Of a DNA stretch of 64,000 bases, positions 1 to 9,854 are shown piece after piece; position 1 is the stretch's first letter; each line of letters begins with the position of its first letter. The DNA is taken from the sequence record SRR20825019_669; one strand, written 5' to 3'. A model generated the notes under the pieces. It was not told the origin of the DNA. It saw nothing but the letters and a program-made list of their open reading frames with translations, and did not search any database. The position numbers and the translations under genes are program-made.

Positions 1-435
1 CCGACCACGGCGCTCGACGTGACCATCCAGGGCCAGATCCTCTACGAGGTGCAGAAGCTCTGTGCGGAAACCGGTACGGCGATGATCTGGATCACCCATG
101 ATCTTTCCGTCGTCGCCGGTTTGGCGGACGAGGTGGCGGTGATGTATGCGGGCCGCGTGGTCGAGTCCGGCAAGGTGGATGACGTGCTCGATGCACCGCA
201 GCATCCCTACACGGCGGGCCTTATCGGTTCCGTGCCGAGCCGCAATGCCCGTGGCAAGCGCCTGCAGCAAATCCCGGGGATGACGCCGTCTCTGCTCAAT
301 CTGCCGGCCGGCTGTGCCTTCTCCGCGCGCTGCAGTTATTCCACGCCGGCCTGCGAAATCGCACCGGTTCTGTCCGAGGTAGCCGCAGGCCGTCAGGTCC
401 GGTGCCATCATCCGCTCGTGACCGAGGCGGTCTAG
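1..435 (+). CDS. Oligopeptide/dipeptide ABC transporter ATP-binding subunit (OppD/DppD-type), 5'-truncated by window edge
   Basis: Frame from base 1 reads PTTALDVTIQ, then ITHDL, VMYAGRVVE, HPYT and the C-terminal GCAFSARC...C...VRCH motif. Confidence 0.92.
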   Translation, partial: PTTALDVTIQGQILYEVQKLCAETGTAMIWITHDLSVVAGLADEVAVMYAGRVVESGKVDDVLDAPQHPYTAGLIGSVPSRNARGKRLQQIPGMTPSLLNLPAGCAFSARCSYSTPACEIAPVLSEVAAGRQVRCHHPLVTEAV

Positions 436-438
436 ATC

Positions 439-1470
439 ATGACGACACAAACAAACAAACCAGCCGCCGCGGCCGATACGCCGATCCTTCAGTTGGACGG
501 TATTTCCAAGCGCTTCGTGAAGCATCTCGACCTTGCCGGCCGGATCGGTCAGAAGCTCGGTGCCAATGTGCGCGAGGAGACCGTGCACGCGGTCGACAAT
601 GTCTCGATTTCCATCGCAGATGGCGAAGTGGTCGGCCTGGTCGGTGAGTCCGGCTGCGGTAAATCCACGCTCGGCCGCGTTGTTGCCGGTGTGCATGAGC
701 CGAGCGAAGGCCAGATGTTCTATCGCGGCCAGAACGTGACGGAGATGAGCGGGGCCGAGGCTCGGGAAGTGCAGCTCAAGGTCCAGATGATCTTCCAGGA
801 CCCGATGAGCTCGCTTAATCCGCGATTGCGGGTGCGTGACATCATCGGCGAGGCACCACGCGTACATGGTATCGTCTCCAAATCCGAGATGCAGGACTAT
901 GTCGAGAGCGTGATGCTGCGGGTCGGTCTTGATCCGAGCTATATCAAGCGCTATCCGCACCAGTTCTCGGGCGGTCAGCGGCAACGTATCGGCATTGCCC
1001 GTGCCCTTGCCGTGAAGCCTGACTTCCTGGTCTGCGACGAGTCCGTTGCGGCGCTCGACGTGTCGATTCAGGCGCAGGTGCTGAACCTGTTCATGGATCT
1101 GCGGGAAGATCTCAACCTCACCTATCTTTTTATCAGTCACGATCTTGGTGTGGTCGAGCATCTGAGCGACCGGGTGGTCATCATGTATCTTGGCCGGGTG
1201 GTGGAAAGCGCACCGACGGACGAGCTGTTCCGTGCGCCGAACCATCCCTATACCCAAGCCCTTCTCAGTGAAGTGCCCCGGTTGGACACGCGCAAGCGCA
1301 AGTTCGTTCCGGTCAAGGGAGAGATCCCGTCGCCGATCGATCCGCCGCCGGGCTGTCACTTCCATCCGCGCTGTCCGCATGCGGTCGAGCGTTGCCGTGT
1401 CGAACAACCGGCATTGCGGGAAATCGCTCCAGGGCGGATTTCCGCCTGCCACCTGAATGATGGTGTCTGA
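439..1470 (+). CDS. Oligopeptide/dipeptide ABC transporter ATP-binding subunit (OppF/DppF-type)
   Basis: Walker A GESGCGKS, QMIFQDP, FSGGQRQRI, CDESVAALD, GCHFHPRC tail. Confidence 0.95.
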   Translation: MTTQTNKPAAAADTPILQLDGISKRFVKHLDLAGRIGQKLGANVREETVHAVDNVSISIADGEVVGLVGESGCGKSTLGRVVAGVHEPSEGQMFYRGQNVTEMSGAEAREVQLKVQMIFQDPMSSLNPRLRVRDIIGEAPRVHGIVSKSEMQDYVESVMLRVGLDPSYIKRYPHQFSGGQRQRIGIARALAVKPDFLVCDESVAALDVSIQAQVLNLFMDLREDLNLTYLFISHDLGVVEHLSDRVVIMYLGRVVESAPTDELFRAPNHPYTQALLSEVPRLDTRKRKFVPVKGEIPSPIDPPPGCHFHPRCPHAVERCRVEQPALREIAPGRISACHLNDGV

Positions 1471-2356
1471 GACAGGACAACAGATACGGGTTCGCCGGTT
1501 GGATGGCGTTCTGACTGAACGCCATCCAACTTCCGGCACGGTGCCGGTCCTGTTCGACTCTCCCCATTCGGGACGTACCATCCCCCATGACTTCGTAACG
1601 AAGGTCAGTCTGGCGCAGCTCAGGACCGGCGAGGATGCGTTTGTGGACGAGCTGGTTGCCGGGTGTCTCGACCATGGGATAGGGCTCGTGCAGGCGGAGT
1701 TCCCGCGCACTTACATCGATGCCAACCGGGCCATTGACGATATCGACGAGGACCTGCTGGCGGAACCCTGGCCGGACGGCGCGCGGCCGACGGACAAGAG
1801 CGCGCGCGGCATGGGCCTGATCCGCAAGCATATCCTGCGCGATGTGCCGCTCTATTCGGAAGCGCTCTCGGTCGAGGAGGTCGCGGCCCGGATCGGTGAT
1901 TTCTATCAGCCCTATCATGATGCCGTGCGGGAGAGCCTTGACCGGCTGCATGCGGAACATGGCGCGGTCTGGCATGTCGACTGGCATTCGATGAAACCGT
2001 TCGGCAACCCGATGAACGTGGATGACGGGCAGGCACGCCCGGATTTCGTGGTCAGCGATTACGAGGGCGAGACCGCCGATAGCGGTTTTGTTGAGGCGGT
2101 GTCGGACTGGCTTGAAGGGCAGGGCTACGGCGTTTCAGTTAACGATCCCTACAAGGGAGCTGAAATGATCCGCCGTTACGGTATGCCGTCAGAGGGACGC
2201 CATTCCATACAGATCGAGATTAACCGGCGGCTCTATCTGGACCCGGACCGGATGATGAAGACAGACGGTTTCGCTGCCCTGAAAGAGGATCTGGACGCAT
2301 TTTCCGTCTGGCTCGCCGGGCATGTTCAGACAGGCCTGGAGGCAGTAGAAGCCTGA
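1457..2356 (+). CDS. N-formylglutamate amidohydrolase family protein
   Basis: DSPHSG, ED..VD, RTYIDANR, DWHSM, NDPYKG, IQIEINR motifs; overlaps the end of the ABC ATPase gene. Confidence 0.88.
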   Translation: MMVSETGQQIRVRRLDGVLTERHPTSGTVPVLFDSPHSGRTIPHDFVTKVSLAQLRTGEDAFVDELVAGCLDHGIGLVQAEFPRTYIDANRAIDDIDEDLLAEPWPDGARPTDKSARGMGLIRKHILRDVPLYSEALSVEEVAARIGDFYQPYHDAVRESLDRLHAEHGAVWHVDWHSMKPFGNPMNVDDGQARPDFVVSDYEGETADSGFVEAVSDWLEGQGYGVSVNDPYKGAEMIRRYGMPSEGRHSIQIEINRRLYLDPDRMMKTDGFAALKEDLDAFSVWLAGHVQTGLEAVEA

Positions 2357-2362
2357 CGACCC

Positions 2363-2545
2363 TTATTTGCCGCTTAGGGCCTTGCGGTGGGCTTCGTCTC
2401 TTCTCTGTAGTTTATCGATATGTTCCTGAGCCTTTTTCGCGGTCCGCAGATACTGCGCGGCGCGCCTTTTACGTTCCTTGATATAGGCTTCAAGGTCATC
2501 TCGGCTGGTCGGCGTACTTTCGTAACTGTCCCAGTAGTCGGTCAT
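2363..2545 (-). CDS. Small charged hypothetical protein (60 aa)
   Basis: ATG at 2545 preceded by GGGGAAGAG; fills the gap between two genes; helical, charged composition. Confidence 0.55.
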   Translation of the reverse strand: MTDYWDSYESTPTSRDDLEAYIKERKRRAAQYLRTAKKAQEHIDKLQRRDEAHRKALSGK

Positions 2546-2733
2546 GACTCTTCCCCACAAGGTTCATGCCACAGTTTTTTTAGGTCTAGCCCGTGTATCA
2601 TTCGGACCAAAAGGTAACCAATTCGTTAATATACCTCAGATGAAAGTATTTGCGCAACGCAAGAAACGTTGGGGTGATCTTCTATCTGTCTGAATTACAT
2701 GTAAATTTTTACAGTAATTGCGGTTAACCCGGC

Positions 2734-3699
2734 CTATATGGGCAACCCTGCATCTTGCCGGGCAAGAATGCCCATGGCTGCTGAAATCAACCCTGCGGTT
2801 GCCAGTGCGCCCAGCCCGTCGATATCCGCTTCGGGAACATATTCGACGAAATCCATTGCGGCGATGCGGCCTTTCCCGGCAGCTCCGGTCATCAGGTCAA
2901 GCACATGATGATAGGCGAGGCCACCGGGGGTACGTCCAATCACACCAGGCACGATGGATGGGTCGAGGGCATCGACATCGATACAGACGATAATGTTTGC
3001 GCCGTCCGGGATACGTGCCAGGGCAGGCTCGACACCCGATCGGTGAATATCGTGCGCCGTGAAGAACTCGGTACCCCAGGCGAGGGCATCCGCATGATCG
3101 TCGGAATGCGCGGAGCCGGTGCCCCGGGCGCCGACTTGCACAATGCGCTCGATATGCGGCATTTCCGACGCGCGGCGCATTGTCGAGGACAGGCCAAGCT
3201 CTTCATCCATATGGGATCTGCGCCAGTCGATATGGGCGTCGATCTGCAGTACGGTGAATGTCTTTCCGGTCGAGGAAAGGGCCTCCAGCATGGGGATCGG
3301 CACGGAATCGTCACCGCCGACCAGGATCGGCACCGCACCCTTGCCGGTAATTGTTCCGATAGCATCTTTGATGACGGCCCGGTTCTTTCCGAAATCCTTC
3401 TCGTCAAAGGGCAGGTCACCGCAATCGACCGCTCTTCTGGTGCCGGCCGGAAAAACAGGCCCGCCGAGATCAAAATTGTGCCGGTCGATATTGGAGGTCA
3501 GAGAGGATGTGGCTTTTCTGAGCGCATCCGGCGCATTGCGGCAATAGGCGCCGACACTGCCATAGGGAGTTGCTCCGGGCGCGCCGATAAAGACCGACGA
3601 GGCCTGGATCCCGTCCAGATCATCGCATTTTTCCACGCCAAGGAATGTTGAAGAGGGTGTCGCACCGAAGAGGGCGCCAAGGTCGGGTTTGCCGGTCAT
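2734..3699 (-). CDS. Ureohydrolase (arginase/agmatinase family) protein with variant active-site motifs
   Basis: VDCGD, GGDDS, DAHID, QVGARG, IDVDALDP, PGGL, DFVE. Confidence 0.88.
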   Translation of the reverse strand: MTGKPDLGALFGATPSSTFLGVEKCDDLDGIQASSVFIGAPGATPYGSVGAYCRNAPDALRKATSSLTSNIDRHNFDLGGPVFPAGTRRAVDCGDLPFDEKDFGKNRAVIKDAIGTITGKGAVPILVGGDDSVPIPMLEALSSTGKTFTVLQIDAHIDWRRSHMDEELGLSSTMRRASEMPHIERIVQVGARGTGSAHSDDHADALAWGTEFFTAHDIHRSGVEPALARIPDGANIIVCIDVDALDPSIVPGVIGRTPGGLAYHHVLDLMTGAAGKGRIAAMDFVEYVPEADIDGLGALATAGLISAAMGILARQDAGLPI

Positions 3700-3761
3700 G
3701 TTGAAGATCCGTCAGGCAGGATTCGGAAAGGCGGCGGGAGCCGCGCGGGGCGTGCCGGGCT

Positions 3762-4529
3762 TCAGGGCGCAAACTGCTCCTTCAGAACCCGTTCCTCCAG
3801 ATTGTGCTGGGGATCGTAGAGCAGGGTCAAGGCAACGGTACGGTCTTCGCGCACTTTAACCCGGACGATATCCCGGACTTCTGTCGAGTCCGCCGTGGCG
3901 CTGGTCGGGCGCTTTTCCGGATTGAGCACCTCGAACTCTATTTTAGCTTCGTGCGGCAACAGCGCGCCGCGCCAGCGCCGGGGGCGGAAAGCGCTGATCG
4001 GGGTGAGGGCAAGAACGCCGGCCCCGAGCGGTATGATCGGGCCATGGGCGGAGAGATTGTAAGCGGTGCTGCCGGCCGGTGTCGCGATAAGCACGCCGTC
4101 GCAGACCAGCTCTTCCAGCCGGACGATCCCGTCGATGGTGATCCTGATCTTCGCGGCCTGGGCTTTTTGTCTGAGCAGGGAGACTTCGTTGATCGCGAGA
4201 GCCCTTGTCACGGTGCCATCCCGGGCCTCGGCATCCATGCGGAGCGGGTGCAAGGTGACCTGCTGAGCCGCGGCGATGCGCTGCTCCAGGTCTTCTTCCA
4301 TGAACTCGTTCATCAGGAAGCCGACCGTGCCACGGTTCATGCCGAAGACTTTCAGCGGCCGCTCGAAATTATCCCGCAATGTATCCAGCATCAGGCCGTC
4401 ACCACCAAGGGCGACAATGACCTCGGCGTCCGCGGCGGGATAATTTCCGTAGCGCTTGGTCAGTGTCCTGAACGCGTCCTGCGCATCCGGTGCTTTTGAG
4501 GCGGTGAAGCAGATTTTCATTCGGGCCAA
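3762..4529 (-). CDS. nadK: NAD kinase
   Basis: [36 protein letters not shown]. Confidence 0.95.
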   Translation of the reverse strand: MARMKICFTASKAPDAQDAFRTLTKRYGNYPAADAEVIVALGGDGLMLDTLRDNFERPLKVFGMNRGTVGFLMNEFMEEDLEQRIAAAQQVTLHPLRMDAEARDGTVTRALAINEVSLLRQKAQAAKIRITIDGIVRLEELVCDGVLIATPAGSTAYNLSAHGPIIPLGAGVLALTPISAFRPRRWRGALLPHEAKIEFEVLNPEKRPTSATADSTEVRDIVRVKVREDRTVALTLLYDPQHNLEERVLKEQFAP

Positions 4530-4675
4530 TCCGATTGAAAGCCGGGCAAAGCGGCGATGAGCGAGAGGAAAACTCGCTTCAAGCTTTATTCATCGGGCCG
4601 GACTATGCATGATCCGGCCAAGCGCGACCATGGAAAGATGGGGCGCCTCAAGAAAGATTAACAGGGAAATATGGC

Positions 4676-5179
4676 ATGAAACGCCGCCGACAATTCCGCC
4701 TTCTGGCTGCCCTCTGGATCGTCGTGGCGCTGCCTTTCGTCACTCTGCTCGGGGATGGGGCCGATGCTTCGGAGAGGCATGAAGGATATTATTATCCGGA
4801 GAGCGTGACCGAAGAGCATTACGTCTCGCAGGCGCAGAAGATCCCCGCCGCCACGCGGGAAAGCCGTCTTGCCTTTGTCTCCGGGGTGGCCAAGAGCGTC
4901 AGCGAGCGGCCTTATCCACCGCAGCGTGCGATGTTCGCCAAGGGCGGGGATGCCGAGAAACTCATCATCGTCAGCCTTTACGATAATCATATGACCACGC
5001 TCGCGCAGGCCCGCGCCATTCTGGCTTTGATGACCGGCGTCGCGCGGACCACGAAGATCCTGCGCGATCTTCAGGTCGAGTCGGTCTTCAATTTTCTCGA
5101 TTTCTGCAAAATGCTCGGCTTTACCGAGCTGACAATCAGCGACGGCCGGACCTACGCCCACCGCTTCATTCTGGAATAG
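4676..5179 (+). CDS. Exported hypothetical protein, possible Tat signal peptide
   Basis: MKRRRQF + hydrophobic stretch + ADA cleavage-like site; GC3-rich coding-like codons. Confidence 0.7.
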   Translation: MKRRRQFRLLAALWIVVALPFVTLLGDGADASERHEGYYYPESVTEEHYVSQAQKIPAATRESRLAFVSGVAKSVSERPYPPQRAMFAKGGDAEKLIIVSLYDNHMTTLAQARAILALMTGVARTTKILRDLQVESVFNFLDFCKMLGFTELTISDGRTYAHRFILE

Positions 5180-5230
5180 CGAGGGAGGGAGCCGGGCCCG
5201 GCACCGATAACCGGAACGGTTTCGTGCGCT

Positions 5231-6223
5231 TTAGCCGCCGGTCACGCTCATGTGGCGGCTGACGGCCGGGCCGTTGTGCCGCCGGTCGATGATGAAATCA
5301 TGGCCCTTCGGTTTTCGGCCGATGGCTTCCTCGATGGCGGCAATCAACGGAGCGTCGCTCTCGCTCGCCCTTAGAGGCGCACGCAGGTCCGCGGCATCGT
5401 CCTGGCCGAGGCACATGTAGAGCGTGCCTGTGCAGGTCAGGCGCACCCGGTTGCAGCTTTCACAGAAATTGTGGGTCAGAGGTGTGATGAAACCGAGCCG
5501 GCCGCCGGTCTCGCCGACATCCACATAGCGGGCAGGGCCGCCGGTTTTGTATTCATTGTCCGTCAGCGTGAAGCGTTCGGAGAGCTTGGCCCGGACCATG
5601 GATAGTGGCAGATACTGGTCGACGCGATCCTCGCCGCCGATATCGCCCATCGGCATAACCTCGATCACGGTCATGTCGTAGCCGTTATCGCCGCACCATT
5701 GCAGCATGTCGCCGAGTTCGACGTCGTTCACACCCTTGAGCGCGACGGCATTGATCTTGACCTTCAGGCCGGCGCGCTTGGCGGTCTCGATGCCTTCCAG
5801 TACTTGATCCAGTCTGCCCCAGCGGGTGATGGCCTTGAATTTTTCCGGATCGAGCGTGTCGATGGAGACATTCACCCGACGGACACCACAATCGTAGAGC
5901 TCATGCGCGAAGCGGCCGAGTTGGCTGCCATTCGTGGTGACCGTGACTTCTTCCAGCGCGCCGCTGTCGAGATGGCGCTTCATGCTGCGGAACAGGCTCA
6001 TGATATTCCGGCGGACCAGCGGCTCGCCGCCGGTGAAGCGCAGCTTGCGCACGCCAAGTCCGACAAAGGCCGAGCACATCCGGTCCAGCTCTTCCAGACT
6101 GAGGATGTCTGACTTCGGCAGGAAGGTCATGTTTTCGGACATGCAATAGACGCAGCGGAAATCGCAGCGATCCGTCACTGAAACCCGAAGATAGCTGATG
6201 TCACGCCCAAACGGATCGAGCAT
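5231..6223 (-). CDS. moaA: GTP 3',8-cyclase (molybdenum cofactor biosynthesis)
   Basis: [18 protein letters not shown] radical-SAM motif, [11 protein letters not shown]...C, C-terminal MSVTGG. Confidence 0.97.
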   Translation of the reverse strand: MLDPFGRDISYLRVSVTDRCDFRCVYCMSENMTFLPKSDILSLEELDRMCSAFVGLGVRKLRFTGGEPLVRRNIMSLFRSMKRHLDSGALEEVTVTTNGSQLGRFAHELYDCGVRRVNVSIDTLDPEKFKAITRWGRLDQVLEGIETAKRAGLKVKINAVALKGVNDVELGDMLQWCGDNGYDMTVIEVMPMGDIGGEDRVDQYLPLSMVRAKLSERFTLTDNEYKTGGPARYVDVGETGGRLGFITPLTHNFCESCNRVRLTCTGTLYMCLGQDDAADLRAPLRASESDAPLIAAIEEAIGRKPKGHDFIIDRRHNGPAVSRHMSVTGG

Positions 6224-6392
6224 TGATCCTCCCTTGTGGTCGCCAAGATCGTTTCCGGAGACCGATATGTCTCACCTGATATAGCGCTCGGCGTTCCCGG
6301 CTTCAATATCGCGCTGAAAATCTCCTGCGTCGACAGGAGGATTTACCGCGATGTGGATTGCCTGACCCGCACGGTCTGCCCATAGTTAGTCC

Positions 6393-7286
6393 ATGAATGA
6401 TGTCATACCAGAATATCTCGTCGGGCCGAGCCCGGACGATCCGCGCCTGACCCGCCGCCTTTCCGGCCTCGACCATGAGGGCAAGGAACAGGAAATCTCC
6501 GTGATCATGGAGCGGCCGCTGACGATCTTCCTGAATGGCCAGGAAATCGTGACCGCAATGACAATCGGCGATTTCCCCGATTATCTGGCCGTCGGGTATC
6601 TGCTCAATCAGAATATGTTGCGGCAGGACGACCGGATCACCGGTATCGAGTATGACGACGATCTTGAGGTCGTGGTGGTTCGTACCGAACGCGAAACGAA
6701 CTACGAAGAGAAACTGCAAAAAAAGATTCGGACATCGGGATGCGCGCAAGGCACGGTGTTCGGAGATCTGATGGAGAAGTTCGAGGATATCGCGCTGCCG
6801 CGTGATGCCGTGCTCCGCACCTCCTGGATCTACACGCTTTCCCGCCTGATCAACACGACGCCGAGCCTCTATCTTGAGGCTGGGGCGATCCATGGCTGCG
6901 TTCTTTGCATTGAAGACAAGCCGCTGATCTATATGGAGGATGTCGGCCGGCATAATGCCATCGACAAGATCGCCGGATATATGTTCCTGAATGGCATCGA
7001 GGCTGGCGACAAGATCTTCTATACGACCGGGCGGCTGACCAGCGAGATGGTGATCAAGACGGTGCAGATGGGTATTCCGATCCTTATCTCCCGCTCCGGC
7101 TTCACGGCCTGGGGGGTGGATCTGGCACGCGAGGCCGGGCTGACCCTGATCGGGCGGGCCAAGGGCAAGAGGTTCATCGCACTCTCCGGCGGCGAACGGC
7201 TGATTTATGACGCCGACTGGTCCGCCGTGGCGGACGAGCCGAAGAAGAGCGGCCGGAAGGCCAGCGTGGCATCCGATGGCAATTGA
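6393..7286 (+). CDS. fdhD: Formate dehydrogenase accessory sulfurtransferase
   Basis: TSGCAQG, GAIHGC, EDVGRHNAIDK, TTGRLTSEMV. Confidence 0.93.
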   Translation: MNDVIPEYLVGPSPDDPRLTRRLSGLDHEGKEQEISVIMERPLTIFLNGQEIVTAMTIGDFPDYLAVGYLLNQNMLRQDDRITGIEYDDDLEVVVVRTERETNYEEKLQKKIRTSGCAQGTVFGDLMEKFEDIALPRDAVLRTSWIYTLSRLINTTPSLYLEAGAIHGCVLCIEDKPLIYMEDVGRHNAIDKIAGYMFLNGIEAGDKIFYTTGRLTSEMVIKTVQMGIPILISRSGFTAWGVDLAREAGLTLIGRAKGKRFIALSGGERLIYDADWSAVADEPKKSGRKASVASDGN

Positions 7287-7905
7287 AGCAGGGGACATCG
7301 TAGGCGTGCTGCTTGCTGGAGGCCAGTCGCGCCGCATGGGAGGCGGGGACAAGTCCCTGCGGCATCTGGCGGGGCGCCCTATCCTCGAGCATGTGATCGA
7401 GCGTCTGAGCGGGCAGGTGGGGCGCATGGTCCTTAACGCCAATGGGGACCCCGCGCGCTTCGAGGCTTATGACTTGCCCATTGCACCGGATGTCGTCGCC
7501 GGCCAGCCGGGACCGCTTGCCGGGGTGCTGACAGGGATGTGCTGGACCGCCGCCCATGTACCGGCGGCGCGCTGGATACTCACCGTGGCGACCGATGCTC
7601 CCTTTGTTCCGCGTGATCTTGCGGACAGGCTGGGGCAGGCGATTGATCGTGACGGAGCCGAGCTTGCCTGTACCTCCTCCGGAGGGCGTCATCATCCAGT
7701 TATCGGCTTGTGGCCGGTTACCCTGACCGGGGCTTTGCGGGAAGCGCTTGAAGTGGAAGAGATTCGCAAGGTGGATCGCTGGACCGCGCGTTACCGTATG
7801 TCAGTTGTCGACTATTCTGACGTTCCTGTTGATCCGTTCTTTAACGTCAACAAACCTGAAGATATAAAAACAGCCGAAATATCGTATAAAAAACATTTTA
7901 TATAA
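7276..7905 (+). CDS. mobA: Molybdenum cofactor guanylyltransferase
   Basis: LLAGGQSRRMGGGDK, GPLAG, DAPF, FFNVNKPED; start taken at ATG 7276 overlapping the fdhD end. Confidence 0.95.
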   Translation: MAIEAGDIVGVLLAGGQSRRMGGGDKSLRHLAGRPILEHVIERLSGQVGRMVLNANGDPARFEAYDLPIAPDVVAGQPGPLAGVLTGMCWTAAHVPAARWILTVATDAPFVPRDLADRLGQAIDRDGAELACTSSGGRHHPVIGLWPVTLTGALREALEVEEIRKVDRWTARYRMSVVDYSDVPVDPFFNVNKPEDIKTAEISYKKHFI

Positions 7906-8007
7906 CGTCTTTATTTTCGTAATTTCGTAGAATTACTTCTCTTATCTGTCACTTCATCGTAAAGTCCGCACAGCATTAGATAATTAAACTGTGTGAGCGG
8001 TACTAAA

Positions 8008-8346
8008 ATGGTGCGCTTGAATAGAGCGATATTAACCATAGCTTTGCTTGTCGGGCTGTCCGGTTGTTTCGAAGAAGAAAAGAAACCGGGCCCGAAGATG
8101 GATTTCATCAACATCCGAAATGACTCCTCTACCGAGGTCAGTGTCCGGGTGAAGCTCTGGACCAAGGAAGCGCTTGCCGTGTCGGCGGGCGATTCCGGGC
8201 GCATCGAGTTCAAGGCCGGGTCCCGGACCGTTCAGGTCGATGCGCGGAGCCGGAAACAGTGGGACGATTGCTGGGTCACCATGCAGATCGGCGATACGCT
8301 GGTTGTCTCTGATGCCACCGAACGGATCGGTTGTTCGGTCGATTAA
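8008..8346 (+). CDS. Hypothetical lipoprotein
   Basis: Signal peptide with lipobox LSGC; beta-rich mature part with two further Cys. Confidence 0.7.
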   Translation: MVRLNRAILTIALLVGLSGCFEEEKKPGPKMDFINIRNDSSTEVSVRVKLWTKEALAVSAGDSGRIEFKAGSRTVQVDARSRKQWDDCWVTMQIGDTLVVSDATERIGCSVD

Positions 8347-8352
8347 GCCGCA

Positions 8353-9432
8353 TTACTGGCTTGAAGCCGGTTGCCCCGCCGATATCAAAACCTGCCTGCC
8401 AAATTCCTTGAATGCTTTTACGCCGCCGCCGTTTGCAATCACGGATCTGATTGCATCGCGGTCAATGGCGATAAATCCGGCCAGTGTCTTGATGCCATAG
8501 GCATGAAGCACGGGGGAGAGCGGGGTGCCCGGTCCAACCAGGGTAACCGGGACATCTGTTGCGAGCCGGAGCAGGCCGGACAATGTTCCGTTACACCAGG
8601 CGGAGGCGGTCACGACAAGATCTCCGGCGCCGGGGATGACATGGGGCGCGGCTTCGGCGGGGAGATCTTCCGGTCCGGGTGACATTTCCAGCACGATTGC
8701 GCCGGGTCTCTTGCTCTTCAATGCGGGGAACCGCCCCACGATCACGGTCGGTCTGTCCGGAGTGACTGTGCCGGAGAGCAATCCATCCCCCTGCAGTGCA
8801 TTGGAGGGCGGCACCATGCCCGCATTCACGGCCGCGCAGGCGAGGGTCCTCCGCAGTCCCATGGGTGCGCGAAGCCCCTCGGCCAATGTGCTCAGGGACA
8901 CCCCGACAAGATTCTGCGGGGCGATGCTTTCCGGCTGATCTGCGATACCGCTGGTGCTGTGTGCCATGGAGGCGAGGCCCATGGAGTCGTGTGTCTCCAC
9001 AATGGCCCAGTAACGGCCGAGTGTGACGGAGGTCACGGGGAGAGGTGGTGTGTTCCGAATGAGCTCCTCGTCCATCCGCTCCGATCCCCACCAGCGCGGC
9101 AGGTCGTCCGGTTTGAGGAGCATGGGGCTCAGGCGAAGACGGCGGCTGATTTGGGTTATGAGTGCTGCCGGTCCATGGAACAGCACGGGGACGGCATTCT
9201 TGAGCGCGTTTTCAACGGCTTCATCGAGACTGTCCGGAATGCCGGCAGCCGCAAGGTCGATAAAGAGAAGATCGCTTTGCCGGGGGAATTCCGGGGAGGC
9301 ATACGGAAGGCGCAGTACCTGCCAGCGATTATCGGACAGACGCTGGAGAAAGGTCGCGACCGACGGATGTCCCAAATCAACCGTTTCGGACAGCAGCCAG
9401 CCCGGCTGAAGGCGGGGGAGCGGAAAAATCAT
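8353..9432 (-). CDS. DUF364/Rossmann-like domain protein with N-terminal extension
   Basis: LACAAVNA, VIVGRFP, VVTASAWCNGTL..LL, LVGPGTPLSPVL..YG; start uncertain (9432 or further upstream). Confidence 0.7.
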   Translation of the reverse strand: MIFPLPRLQPGWLLSETVDLGHPSVATFLQRLSDNRWQVLRLPYASPEFPRQSDLLFIDLAAAGIPDSLDEAVENALKNAVPVLFHGPAALITQISRRLRLSPMLLKPDDLPRWWGSERMDEELIRNTPPLPVTSVTLGRYWAIVETHDSMGLASMAHSTSGIADQPESIAPQNLVGVSLSTLAEGLRAPMGLRRTLACAAVNAGMVPPSNALQGDGLLSGTVTPDRPTVIVGRFPALKSKRPGAIVLEMSPGPEDLPAEAAPHVIPGAGDLVVTASAWCNGTLSGLLRLATDVPVTLVGPGTPLSPVLHAYGIKTLAGFIAIDRDAIRSVIANGGGVKAFKEFGRQVLISAGQPASSQ

Positions 9433-9457
9433 CGGCCGTGTCTGGTTCGGGGAGCGA

Positions 9458-9661
9458 TCAGCCGAAGCGGGCGGCGCGGCGCTCTTCAACGATGTCATCG
9501 GCCGCAATAAGATCTACTTTGGTGCTGTTGATCAATTGCTTGCCACGATGCTCGAAATTCACCGTTACCCGGTCGCCAACGACAGATTGTATCTGCCCTA
9601 TTCCCCAGTCAGGTTCATCCGCCAACAGCACGAAACTTCCGGGTAATAAAAAATGGGGCAT
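9458..9661 (-). CDS. DUF3553-family small protein
   Basis: PDWGIGQIQSVVGDRVTVNFEHRGK signature; divergent from chpT. Confidence 0.8.
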   Translation of the reverse strand: MPHFLLPGSFVLLADEPDWGIGQIQSVVGDRVTVNFEHRGKQLINSTKVDLIAADDIVEERRAARFG

Positions 9662-9854
9662 CGCATCCTCGACCGTGGTTGCGTTTCAGTGCTGTCGGGC
9701 GCTTGAATTGACCCGATTAATAAATTGTGAGGGAAAGAGGAATTAAACTTCAACAGATTTTCACGCGGGGCTTTCTAAAAGTTGAGGGAAAATCAAGAAT
9801 CTGGCCTAATTTTAAATTGGGGCCATCACTCATTTGACCCGGGATTGGTTATGA

